A DNA stretch of 64,000 nt from Phoronis australis. Lineage: Eukaryota > Animalia > Phoronida. Location: contig NMRA01000184.1 in the NCBI GenBank assembly GCA_002633005.1, positions 65,255 to 129,254 of the forward strand, read 5' to 3'. The notes below the pieces were generated by a model that did no database searches, was not told the DNA's origin, and was given only the letters and a program-made list of their open reading frames with translations. Position numbers and translations under genes: made by a program. Of the stretch, positions 1 to 12,600 are shown piece after piece. How positions within the stretch are numbered: the stretch's first letter is position 1; every line of letters starts with the position of its first letter.

Positions 1-99
1 AGATGGGCAAAGGAAGTTGCCTGTCCGTCGTGTCTATATACGAAGGATATATGCTTGAGTTTTCCTAGTTGTGGGTTGAGGGCACATGTGTGTGGACCC

Positions 100-1197
100 G
101 CCATAGGAAACGACATTGTGTCCACCGATGGCAATCTGGCGCTTATCTGGGCGAACAGCGATGACATTCTTTGGGAGGAACGGGTTGCCGGCTTAGGACG
201 TCTATAACAAGTTGGCAAACAACAAGGCATATAAGAAAAACACGTCCGCACCTCTCGCCAATGTGCGGTAAACCTCCCTGACTACATCCAAAGGCATGAT
301 CGCATCTGCCTGGCGGGCCACCTGAGATGCCTGTGTCATGGTAAAACCAAACATCTGGCAAGCGGACTTTGAATCATTTTGGTTGTGGCGACTGTGTCTA
401 ACGTGAGTTGTACAGGAAGATAATTGTGCTACAGACAACACTGGAGATTGGAGGATGGAGTCTCTGGACACGCTGGCTGATAGGATCAACGCGAGAGCAC
501 TAAGCAATCATCAGAATCTGCCACTTCACCGTCAGTGGGATCAGGCTGTTCATATAACCGTCAACCCTGCGCACACGGGTGATATCTTTCTTGTCATCGT
601 CAGTGAGAAACTTGCTATCAACGAGTTGAGTTTGTGAGAAGTTTAGGTACGACCAGCGGCTTTGCAAAGCCTACAAGAGAAGAAGCAGAACAAGGGATGA
701 CAGTACGCATCGTTCTACAGTCCTCAGTGGAGCGCAGTTCGTCTAGAAGAGAGGTCATAGCTTGAGAAATTTCTTGTTTGATGGACGCCAATGTACGGTT
801 TCTCAGCTCTGCGCCGTATTTCTGTTTGATCAATAATGGCCGGTAGACCAGGGTGCAGTCAGAGATAGGCAATCACGTTCTCAAGGGATGGGGTAATATC
901 TTCATCGCATGTTACAGCTTCGCCTAAATGTAACATTCAACAGTTAACAGTAAGGAGGCTGTCCTTAGAAAAGGCTGTAACACATTGGAAGAAGTCCTCG
1001 GGCCGCTCTTCTGGGTGCATCAGGATTGTTGATAAGTCGAGAAAATGGGAACCGGTCGACGCAAACCTAAAGTGCTGACGGATTTTCTGCCAAATATAGT
1101 TTAGGCTGGTCGATTTACGAACGATAGAGTTTCTGTTCATATGTAATTACCATGTGATCATTTCTCAAGATTTCGTGGACAGCTGAAAGATGTTACA
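100..1197 (-). mobile_element. Degenerate Ty3/Gypsy LTR retrotransposon fragment (gag + aspartic protease)
   Basis: Frameshifted minus-strand peptides resemble the invertebrate Gypsy gag: NRNSIVRKSTSLNYIWQKIRQHFRFASTGSHFLD..EERPEDFFQ and [33 protein letters not shown]. These are followed by a CxxC..H-like knuckle ([11 protein letters not shown]) and protease-like LTLDTVAT...ARQADA..PLDVV...AGNPF. A possible deleted LTR (TGTAACA...CACA, 1197-1153) is followed by a PBS-like TGGTA. The element continues off the window start. Confidence 0.75.
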
Positions 1198-2379
1198 ATA
1201 GACGACGAGATTCTAGTGTTTGGTGTTTCCGCATTATTTACTATTGCATCTGTGGAAAACTCTAGTTGTCATTCGAAAGAAATTAGAGTGGAATATGTCA
1301 TTTTAAGTACAGCAGGACACCCAGATCGTTATAAATGATATTGTCTTAAACAGGTAGGACAGTATTGAGTTACAACGCGGTCTGCGCATGTACCAACAAC
1401 CAACAGCGCGAAAGTTACGGAGTTCTTAAGAAGACTGCCGTCCATGACAGTCAAAAGCTAAATAGTTAGTAAAATGTCCCTGCTTGCGATAAGACTACCT
1501 CAGTTATTAAAGAATGCGTTTTTACCTTCGTAAAACCAGAAATTTGAAGTTTTGAACTGAACACGCCTTACCAAGTTTGTAAGAAATCGAGCATGACTAT
1601 ATAACGCTCTCGATGCAAAGTAAGGAAAGACTTTTAACTGAATAATGCTTTCATCTCTTAGATGACAAAACCAGTGCATAAGACCACTTAAGTAGGGCTA
1701 AATATTCTGCTTTGTGTTAATTTATGTTGACCATTCTCACTTTGTTTTTCAAAATTGGTGAAAGTAAAGGAAAGGTATCTTTAGATTTTTGGTTTCATGG
1801 AATCTTGTGTAAGAATTTCGACCACTAATGATGCCCGCAAAATGTTTCAATCTTGTAGATATTTGGAATCGTGTTCACGCTGTGCCAGGGCGCTCTCCGG
1901 GAGTCTCACGGTACACTGACGTCCAACCTGTTATTGTGTGCAGCGCTGTTAGTGGGAACTATTCTAACTGCCATCATAAAGTCAGAAAACAAAAGACAAG
2001 CGGCAGCACAAAAGGTATCCAAATTTAATCTAAAGCTGCAGTTGACCAAAACATGCTAATTCCAGTAAGTTAATGATAATAATAACCCTGCCAGTGAAAA
2101 TTTTGTCGACATGCTTCACAGGCGGGTTCCAAGACATCTTTTTTCAGAGGTCCTGCTTTTGGAAACATTTGTACAAGGTATACATCGTTTGGAACCCTGC
2201 TTAGTACCAGAAGCCCTTTTTAATTTGTTGACTCAACTGCTTGTATGGCGTGGTATTTATGTCTGTGAGCAGTATAAATTGTTTCAGCACAAATTTGTCA
2301 GGTGATAAGAGTTTATTATTGAGTGTAGACACACGGACTGGTGTTCGTCAGTAGCTGTGGGCATCAAGCAGAATGAGGG

Positions 2380-4301
2380 CGACCCGAAGAAATTCAATCA
2401 TGAATCACCTCGAAGAAATACATCATAAACAACAGGGTGCTCAGCAAGTTAGACGCCAAGGCGGGAGATGAGGCGTCACAAGCCCTCGACTTTCAGATCA
2501 CCAAACAAGCGATTTAACTGCTTTATTGGCCTGCCATTTGGAATTGCAGTTTCCCAAAACATTTTCCAATAAGTCATGAATGAAATACTGGAGAATTGCG
2601 AGGGGACTGTGAACATCATGGATGATATCGCAGTATATGATAGTACACAAGAACAGCACGACGAAAACCTGTTCTCGCTGTTCAAGGCTGCCAAACAAAA
2701 TGGCCTGGTCTTCACCTCCAAGTGTGAACTGAACACCAAATCCGTTTGTTTCTTCGAAGCTACGTTCACAGACAAGGGCACCAAGCCTGGCCCGGCAAAA
2801 TCCAAGTCCCTGCAGATGTATCTATACGAAATAACGTAGAAGACTTTAAGAGTTCCTAGGTCTTCTCACTTACTTGTCACCTTTCATACCAAAGCTGGCT
2901 GACAAAGGAGCCCGGCTCCTCCGCAAGCTGACCCACCTGTCAGTTCACCACATGTGGGATCCAATTCACCAAGAAATTTTCGATAGCCTGAAGGCCAGGT
3001 CATGATAATCGAAAACGACACACTATCCTTCTGCCGGCCACAGTTACCTCTGTGTAGGGCTCCAAGTGGACGCCAGCATGAAATGATTAGGGATTGCACC
3101 GATTCAAAACGGTCAACCTAATGCATGAGCAAGCAAGACCATTCATCCGACTCGAATAAAATACGCAAATATTGAGAATGGGAGATGATGGTATTTAGAA
3201 TTATTAGATTCGACCATCACCTGTACGCAAGAAGATTCACTGCTGTATCTAATGAGAGCCCTCAGGTGGGAATTTGGAAGAAACCACCGAGTACCGCCAA
3301 GACTCCAGAGAATGCTGCTAAACGTACAAGGCTACGATTTTGACGTTGTCCACAGGCTAGGAAGCGAAATTATCTTAGCTGATACCTGAGCGAGACACAA
3401 CCATCATTGATTTACACATCTGTGTAGACAGTGTCGAACTTGTCGAGCACATTAGCGCATCATCAGTAGACATGATCCATTTTTCTCACCAGAGAGCTAG
3501 CGAGTTACGGGCGCATGCCTTGGCAGACCCAGACTTATATATACGCTACAAAATGTCATGATATGCTAAACAACACTATTCCGAACCATTGCCAACTAGC
3601 AAACCAAGAAAACTTAAAGAGGTACCTCGAACACAAGCGAAGTCAATAAAAGATGTACGACAACCACGCCAGGAATACTCCGCTACTCGGACTGTACCCT
3701 GGAAAACAGGTATCTTTCCAAAATTGCGGGATATGGCGGACTGCAAGGATCGAAAACCAAATCGAGCGATCATATGCCCTGAGATCTTCTTAGGACAAAA
3801 CCATAAGACGCAACCGCAGAGACATACGAGACTCCTCAAGCTGAAACAATTGGAAGTGATATTACTGGCCCAATACGCTCAACCGAGCTGAGTCTACCGT
3901 CGTGCCGAATATAACGACCCCGACTACACTTGTTGCCCTAGGAAATACCAGTCCGAACACTCGGTCCTCAGCAAGGGTACCAACAAGCACTCGACCTGGT
4001 CGATACATAAAGCCGATAAGCTATTTGAAAGACTTCTGTACTATTGAAAGACCTTTTTGTGTATTAGTTTTATAGTTGATGCTCTAAAGACTTCGCAACA
4101 CTTCATTTAGTTACACACACTTATAGCTACATGTACTAGTTTACATAAATCGTTTTCTTCTCAAAGTTGAGGAGATGTAACATAGGGTCATTATTGTTGT
4201 AGTGATGCGGCCGGCCCTTCCACAGGACTACTTAATAAGGCTGAGTTTATTGTTCGTGAACTCTGAATTCTTTCCTTCTTATTTCAAAGAGCACTACAAC
4301 A
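2380..4301 (+). mobile_element. Degenerate Ty3/Gypsy retrotransposon pol fragment (RT + RNase H) with putative PPT and 3' LTR
   Basis: RT motifs SKLDAK, LPFGIAVSQNIFQ and VNIMDDIAVY..EQHDENL (ORF 2576-2839). RNase H-region motifs YANIE and RLQRMLLNVQGYDFDVVH..ILADT, with many stops and frameshifts. A purine tract GAGGAGA directly precedes TGTAACA at 4176, and the segment ends in ...CTACAACA at 4301 (short TG..CA LTR candidate). Confidence 0.8.
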
Positions 4302-6672
4302 TATTTCCACTAGACAAGTGTTCCATGGAATAAATGGAGTTACCTGTTTCTGCCATTCTACTTCGGTTTGAATTTGCCCTCATAGATGGCGCTACATGGG
4401 GCTTTCATGAAAAGTATCCAACGTTGACACCCAAACCGGTCGAGATTGGACAACTCAGTCGACCGGTTTGCACACCTCGGAATCTGCCACACGCTGCTGT
4501 GGTTAATTAAATCGCCCCAGGTTGCTGATGTGACCAATCATAAACACATTCGGGACGACAATAGTGTTTTTTAACTTTTCGTTTTGAAAGTTTGTAAATA
4601 TGATGTTTCGATAGCTTGTGAAAACCACACGTGATTAGGTTTTTGAATTTTGAAAATTGGACAAGAAATGTGCCTTTTACAACCTAAAACGTTCGTTCTG
4701 TGTTGGAATAATATGTCTCTCGTTTATTCTGCTGGGTGGGCAACATAATTGAGCCAATTACCAAACCACCAGGGAGCAGTTGGGTTTTGAGGTAAGCCAA
4801 GTGCCATCGTACAATTCTTGGTATGTAAACTACTCAACTTAAGTAATGCCATGCCTCTTCTTTCTTTTTCAGCACAAACAAGAATTGAAATCAAAGATCG
4901 AGCAGACAATAACTGTGGAATAAGAATTTATAGTTCTCCTGAATGAAGATATCGATTTTAGCCTTAAGTTCATAGCCAATACAGTCTTTGGGACCTCCAG
5001 CTGCCTATGCCAATACTGAGGTACATTCAACAACCCAAGTTGCTTGACAGACACTTGCAGTAAGAATAGAAATAATGCATATTCTGGGTATTCACAAGCC
5101 GTAGTCTTCTATAATTCAACATCCCATCATAGAGAGATATCTAATTTGGGATCTGGCCAAATTTGCAAGACCCTGTTCTTATTGAATGCACCCTAGATTG
5201 ACGTATTCTTTGTCAGATATTGACTGGTAGTCCAGAAAGACATTGACAGCTTTAGGGTTTCACAAACGACGTGTGTTGTTTGAGAATACGCAGTTTGACA
5301 CTTGACGGCTTCAGCAGAGTAGTCACAATCTCTGCTTGTAATAAGTACCTGGAAATCTGTTACTGGTTCCTAGTAAATACTTAAACAGCTAACAGTAGCG
5401 AGAAATTAAACAATCCAAATTCTTGAAGCTCTATTTCACACTGTTTAGGTAGCTTAAAAACAGAAATGGAATTAGGTCTTTTACTCTCATAAAATCAATG
5501 TCATAAAATTCCTTTCCCTCACAGGATTTATTTCCATTGTCATTTCGAAAACGGCACATTCCCACATATGAAAATGGAATCCTATCATGACATGCAATAT
5601 TACACGACCAATTTCATGACAATATATAAAGGCCTGATTCAATTTTCGTTTTTAGGTGGCTGAACAGGGCTGCAGCTCTTAAGTTAAACGAAGTTTGGTC
5701 TTTTTCTCAGTGGTTGAGTTAAAATAGTGGCAACGTTTAGCCAAGATGACAAAATTTCTACTCAGAGGTCAAGTATTGTATTAGTTCTTAAGTTAGGATT
5801 TCCTGTAAAAACAGAAGAACTTGCTACATTTCAAGCCACCGAACAAATATTAGGTTTTATACAAGTAGGAGAACTCTGGCAGTGGCTTATTTGAAGGGCC
5901 AAGAGCACAAACACAAAAACTTTGGTCTTATTGAAGCAAAGAAGTGATCTTTCCATGTTTGATTAATGCAAGTTATACTGCTGTGATGAAATGTAGATTA
6001 TTCCATAAATAGGTATTAAGATGCTGCCAAGACTTCTACAGACATGGAGATACACAGGTTCTTGTGTCATGCAATAAAGTAAACGCTATACGTTTTATCA
6101 ATAGTTCATTTAAAAATATTAACAAGAACAGGAACAAAAGCTATTGGTGTCATATCTAATAAACTTTATGTGAACTCCAGAACACACTAGGCTTATTACA
6201 GTAATGTTTTATATTGCAGTTGAAACAATTTTTAGTCACTGACACTCTATCCTCCAACCACACACATATGCCAACATGCCACTCAAATATAAACTGTCCA
6301 ATCACAGTAATCCAGTCTAACAATATTTACACCTAATGACAGACTGTTCTCCAATCCACACCTCTGGTCATCCATCACTCAAATACCAAATATGCAATGT
6401 CCAATCACAAACTTTCTTCCCTGTTATCATTGGCACATTTACAATGGAGGACAATAGGATATTACAAAAATCATCAACAATGTTTCGAACTCTTGCAACA
6501 CAATCCAATGAAGTCAACTTAAACACAAATAGCTCTTCTAGACAAATGGCCTCTCCAAGAGCACCCAATAAGTGGCAGTTTGAAAAGCTGAATTTACAGA
6601 GGAAAACTCAATAGTAAATGGTTCAGACTAATGTGAAAATTGCAACATTTTACATGACTTGGTATTAACGTT

Positions 6673-9600
6673 TCATCGTGGTGGGGCAGATTCCATGGTT
6701 GATCGCTCAAGAGCAGCTGCTTCCAGCTGTTCTGTGTAAAATCCATTGAAATCCAGCCTGGAAATAAGCCCACAGAGTTAATTAAACAGAACAATGTGAC
6801 ACCTCAGTGCATCGATTACATCTTCATGGCCACCAGTAAGGTCAATCAACCTCCGTTTTACACTTAACCAATGCGTGGTCGGTACATCACAGTATTTCCT
6901 AGTGATGCTGGTCAACCCATTGAAATAATCAATGACATTGTCAATAGGTGCCGCTGGAGTTTTATATCTCATTTACCAAGTCGACAGCATCGAGTCAAAA
7001 GTTGGTAATCAAAATACATTCTGGTAAGCAGATCTCAACAGTTGCAAATCGTCCTGTTACAGGATAAAAGATGGATGTTAGAGTAATACTTACCTGTAAA
7101 GGATGTTCATCAGTTTGTGTTCCGCAGCTGACAGACTGAACTCCATGATCTTGTCTAGCATCTCAATGAGGAGCCGGGTGAAGTTCTTATCAAAGTTGGA
7201 GATGGTCCGCTCAAAGTTTTCACTGCTGGCAAGTTGATCCACATGTTCAGACACCACCTGGTGAGACAGAAGAGAGTTAACAACAGAATAACAATTGTGT
7301 TTGTACTGCAGTCTCCCTAATAAATGCTCTAGGTAAAAGCACAAAAAACATCCATTTGACGAATCATTGGCAAATGTTCCACATTATTTGCTGGGGTTAC
7401 AATCTTTTGTCATTAAAAATTTGATTTATATTAAATATCAAAGTGGTCTCAAATTTTTTCCTAATTCAAATTAGAAGTGATTTCTGGGTTTGGGAACTGG
7501 CAGTACCTAACCTCAACAAACAACAAACTCTTAAAGCTTGCACAGTCTAGATATCCCTTCCAATCTTAGAGAGGATATGATATATACTAGTAACTGGCCT
7601 GAATTAAAATTGGTATTCTTGGCTGACGGCAGATACACAGCATCTTTAAAGACAATTTGAGGACTCAATATTCACTAGGTAATGATAAATTCATAAAGAA
7701 ATGTTGAGTTTGCTACTTGATAAGAGTGACAACACAAAAGATATTCCTCAGTTTTGGAGTATTCAGGGAATAAGGGTACAACGTAGCTAGCTGAATGTGA
7801 GCAAACGCCATCTAGAGGGTAAAAGGCAACCTTGTTCATTACTTACTTAATCGCATTGTAATCTGCATACGATTTAATCATGATAGAAAAAACACTGCAC
7901 AAAAAATGATATAACAGTGAGAGGTGCTCAGTCCTGTCGAATTTCCTAGTTTTATCGAAGTTGCGTAAAAATTGTGAACTAGTCTATTTGATTATCAATG
8001 AGAATATATTCTTCGACTACAAATTTTTTGTGCTTTGCAGAGTTGTAAGTTTATTTCTTCAAAACAGTGCAGGGATAAATTGTAACCAGTTATGTAGATG
8101 AAGTGCAGGCACCTTGGTAGCAGAATCATCCTTCTGTCTCTTGGGCACTGCCTGTAAAGTGCTGCCCTCTAGAGTCAGTCGAGATACTTCCAGTTCGATG
8201 TTAGTACTTTGGTTCAGTCTCTGTAACAGCAATAACTAATTGTTATTAAATGTTAAATTTAACATTCAACCGTCAATACAGGGTGATGCGTTCTACCAGA
8301 CATTCAGGATGCAGCAAACCTCTAGAGCTTCAAAAAAGTATTAATACCAAGGATTTTGCAAAAAGGCATCCATGTCTCTATCTAGTTTACCCAAATACAT
8401 AATATCCACATCAGCCAAAACATGCTCTCACCTGGATGAAGTTAGAGAACGTGACACAGACCATCATCAATTTGTGTACAATCTTGAGCAGATCTGGGTT
8501 AGACAACATACAGTCTTTCATGCAACTGTTGAGGAAATCCGTGTGATAGGCTAGCACATCGTCTATAGTGGACACCTGAAATGAAAATGTTCAAATTTAC
8601 ACAACGAAATCGTGTGCTCAAGGTTGCTGCAGGACTTGAAATGTGCGACCTTCAAGTGAAAAGTGGGTACAACCATTAACAGAAAACAAAGAAATACTTT
8701 TTATCAGATCATGACACTCCCAACTGAACCAAGCAGACGTGGGTAAAATTTCATTGTTTGGCACAAGCTGATGGGTGTAGGGAAGAGGTTCAGCAATTTT
8801 GTGCGCCCGTAGGACACGGATTGCACGGATGTTACCATATCACACTCAAATTTAAACAATGAAAGTGGTGTGTTGTATCCGACTATTCAGTGCGTTGATC
8901 ACATAAAGCTTTGGACAGCGAAAAATTGCCCAACAATTGGGTGATTATCCAAGAGTTTATTGAAAGTGCCAGCCACAGCGTTGGCACCATAAATCACCAA
9001 TTGCTAATATTGATCCAATGGAATATTGCCCAAATCAAGCTGGCCATAGGGACAGAACTCAATTGACGACCGTTGTCTGTTGGAGACTGTTTTACAGGGG
9101 TGTTTATCGACTCAAAAATGACGACAGTTCACCTCTGACTAGCCAGATGATAATCACATTAGAGTTCAGAAATTATGGCCATGCGAGACGGATGAGACAT
9201 TAATTTTAGCTATAAGGCAAAATCTCACCAACTTTGGACAAAAATGATTACTAAAATTGCCGTTTTCTCATTTTCAAGGACTTCCAACAACTTATCAAAC
9301 CTGACACATTGTTTGATGGTACCTATGGTGTAGAATAGAAACATGACAAATCTTTAATATGTTGCTACGTATCATTCTTGGAAGAATGGCCACACAGTGT
9401 ACTAAATTGGTGAGATTTTACTGCTACCAGGATCTATACCCAAAATGCAGGCACTGTTGGTATTGAAAATTTTCAATACATCTGCGGGTTATTTAGGAGT
9501 TTCTTTCTCTTGAGAGCAGTCAGTTCAAACATTCGTACATTAGAAAAGTGATAATCGAAAGTGGAACACCACCCACTCTTTGTTTAACAATCGAGAAAAA

Positions 9601-12600
9601 CAAAATTAGAGAGAGGTAAAGAATGCCATGTATTTGAAGTAACATAATCCATACACCCTGGATAAACAACTAGTGTAACTATGATCTTAAGACATGTAAG
9701 TGTTTCAGTGATGAGCAGTGTTCTGATTTCCTTAATTAGATCCTACATTTTAAAACTGGTCCATAACAAATATCTAAGTTATATTGAGCACTATTTAGGT
9801 AATGTGACTGTTATCCCACTCAGCACAAGAGCCCAAATTTTTGCTATCCACACAAGATATTGAGTTGTGAAATAAGGCTTCATGTTTTCTATGGAGGTTA
9901 TATAGCGGTCAGAATGGAACTTGATATGCTTGGCTTAATAAACTGATGCATGATGGGTAGGAAGCTAGTGTGATGACACGCTTCGTCGGAACACACTGCA
10001 ATATCTCAAGAAGTCTTGCATGTTCTTGCATTTTTGAAAGATTCTTGCCTCTAAAGACCACACACCTGATTTAATCCAATTCATTTTGAAGCTGACCTGC
10101 CAACATAGCCCGCAGTATAATTTCAACAGCAATACAGCCAGATGTTGCACACACTTACGGTCTCCATATTGTTGAGGAACTCGTGCCAGTTGGCATCCAC
10201 CACCTCAAACATCATATAGTACTGGAAGTTCTGTACAAAGTTTAACATAGTCTGACGCAGAGCGAACGCCGCCGCGTACCACCGTGTCGACTGGAGGGCA
10301 AACTTCTTAGCGTTCTTGTTACTTATCCACACGCTAATGAAAGATAGAAAAAAATTCAGTATGTTAGGCTTCTATTACACTGACTCCATTATGTGTTCCA
10401 GTACAGAACCCGTCTATTTTCCATTTGGCTGATCTCAATATTCTTTTTTGAGTATTTAGTAACAGCCTACAAATTTCAACTCATTAAGTTCAGTCTCTGT
10501 ATATCGAAGCAAACACTTGTGATTAGGCTGTGGTATAAGTTGGGAGCAATTTCATAGCAACACAGGGTCTGATTGAAATTTCATTACTTTTGCCATCGGC
10601 AATCACGACAAGGGGACTTTTCCGAATGTGTTTGTATTCATAGAACTCAAAATGTTATCAAAAAGTCATTCCATCTGCTCACTCACAATATTGTGACCTC
10701 TACGGGCAAATGCGAGATAACTGCTGACATCATTCCCAGAAAAAAGACAATCCCAAACTTCTGTACAAAACAAGTACAGCAGACACTAGTTGAAATGCTC
10801 ACCATCATCTAGCATCCAGCAGTAACTACGCTGGACATTCTCAGTCACTCGCACTCAAAATCACTGCATTACAAAACAAAGTGGCATCAAACAACATACT
10901 TGCACAGCTGTCTCTCTACATGTTTACAGTAAAACAGATGCCTGAACAACATCTGATATCTGGTCAAAGCTTTCCTACTCAGGACCAATGACATGGGCCA
11001 CTTGACAACATAGTCAAAAGAGAACGCTTCCAGCCCAGTCAAGTTGATGTCTGTGGGATCTATTCTGTAGGCTGAAAAGGAGGAGATAATTTCTTTGGAT
11101 ATTATGTATTCCTAATGAGACATGACCAGTCAAAAAGACAGTTAGCTTTTATGCCTTGTAGTAAAGTCTCTTGGTAATTTGTTGAATATGTCTAATTCAC
11201 AATAATTCATCATCCAATCAGAAGTCAGGAACAATAACAGAAATAAATAACTTGGGCAAAAACAAATATTATGTTACATTAAAATATGAAATCAGAAACA
11301 AGCAAGTATAGAGAACAGTACCAGGTGTTTAACCATTTTTATGATACACTAAGTAAACTACTTTTATAAGCTTTTGTTTCTCCAACTCTCACTCCTCCGA
11401 GACAGGTAAGTAGGTACGCACAGTATGTCAGTTTTCGGCTTTGTGGTCAGGTCAGCCCTTATATTGTGTGGTTTTCATAATTAAAAATCTCCCAGTTGCA
11501 AGCATATGGGGTCAGTTGCAGAGGAGAGGCAAAGTGAATTTTATCAAGTCTTATCAAGCTGTCACGATTTTTAGTAGAGTGGCTTCTATTAGCAAGAACT
11601 CTGATAATGACCAGTTGTCGTGACAACTGGACTTGGTACTTACTTCCAGATCTACACATTTTTGGTACTACACGAGCTTTCAACAGTTCAAGAACATAAT
11701 GTAGACTTTTGTCATATTTTTATATCCTCAGCAGTTAATATTCATTTGGCAAAACAAATTGTTTTTTAACACGACATCATTACCAAATTTCGGTGACGTC
11801 CACTAGCCCAAGCTATAAATATTTGACATGTGAAAGCTTCTGATGCTGATCCATAATATTGGTGGACAGTTGGATTATTAACAGGAGCACCAGATATGCG
11901 TAAGTGTTGAAAATCACCAAGTCTAATTCAATGAAAAATCTCCTAATAATACTAGGCATTAGAATAGACCTCAATCAGCAGAATTGGCTGAGCATTGCCA
12001 AATACATCACAAAGGCAATAGAAGCAGACCATGCGAAAACCATTTCGGTTCACTATCCAACATGGAAATACTTACTTTTCTCAAACTTTGTGTCAATACT
12101 AAGAATTCTGAGTTCACAATCCAACATGGAAATACTTACTTTTCTCAAACTTTGTGTCAATACTAAGAATTCTGAACAACTGTGTGATGAGGTCATAAGG
12201 CAGGAGGTCAACTCTGTAAAACATTCAAAATGTCATTAATGACAGAAATACACGTATGTTTTGAATAAAGACTAACTAGTGCTTTGGATGCAGAAATAAT
12301 CTAGCCATGCTGCCACAAAATTCCCGTTCCTATTGTGTCTACAAGTTCCTTTTTGTCACAAATGGTAAGCAAAACAGTATTTGATAGCATAAACTTGTTA
12401 TAAGACTCAAAACTGACTTTTTATTTCTCTAGTTTCAATAGATTTCCATTGCATGGAAACTTTGATGAACGCGAAACATATATTACATGATCAGCTAATT
12501 ATCAATTAAAATGCTATGTGCTTCACCCAGCCCAGGATCTGATATCTTGACTTAAAATCAACTCAGAGTCAAACTGAAAACAAAACAACCGCATTGTATG

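Noticed and set aside
4720-5400. Exon-like signals and short ORFs between the Gypsy remnant and the TUBGCP2 3' end
   Set aside because: There are stops in the frames examined and no recognisable protein, so no gene can be supported.
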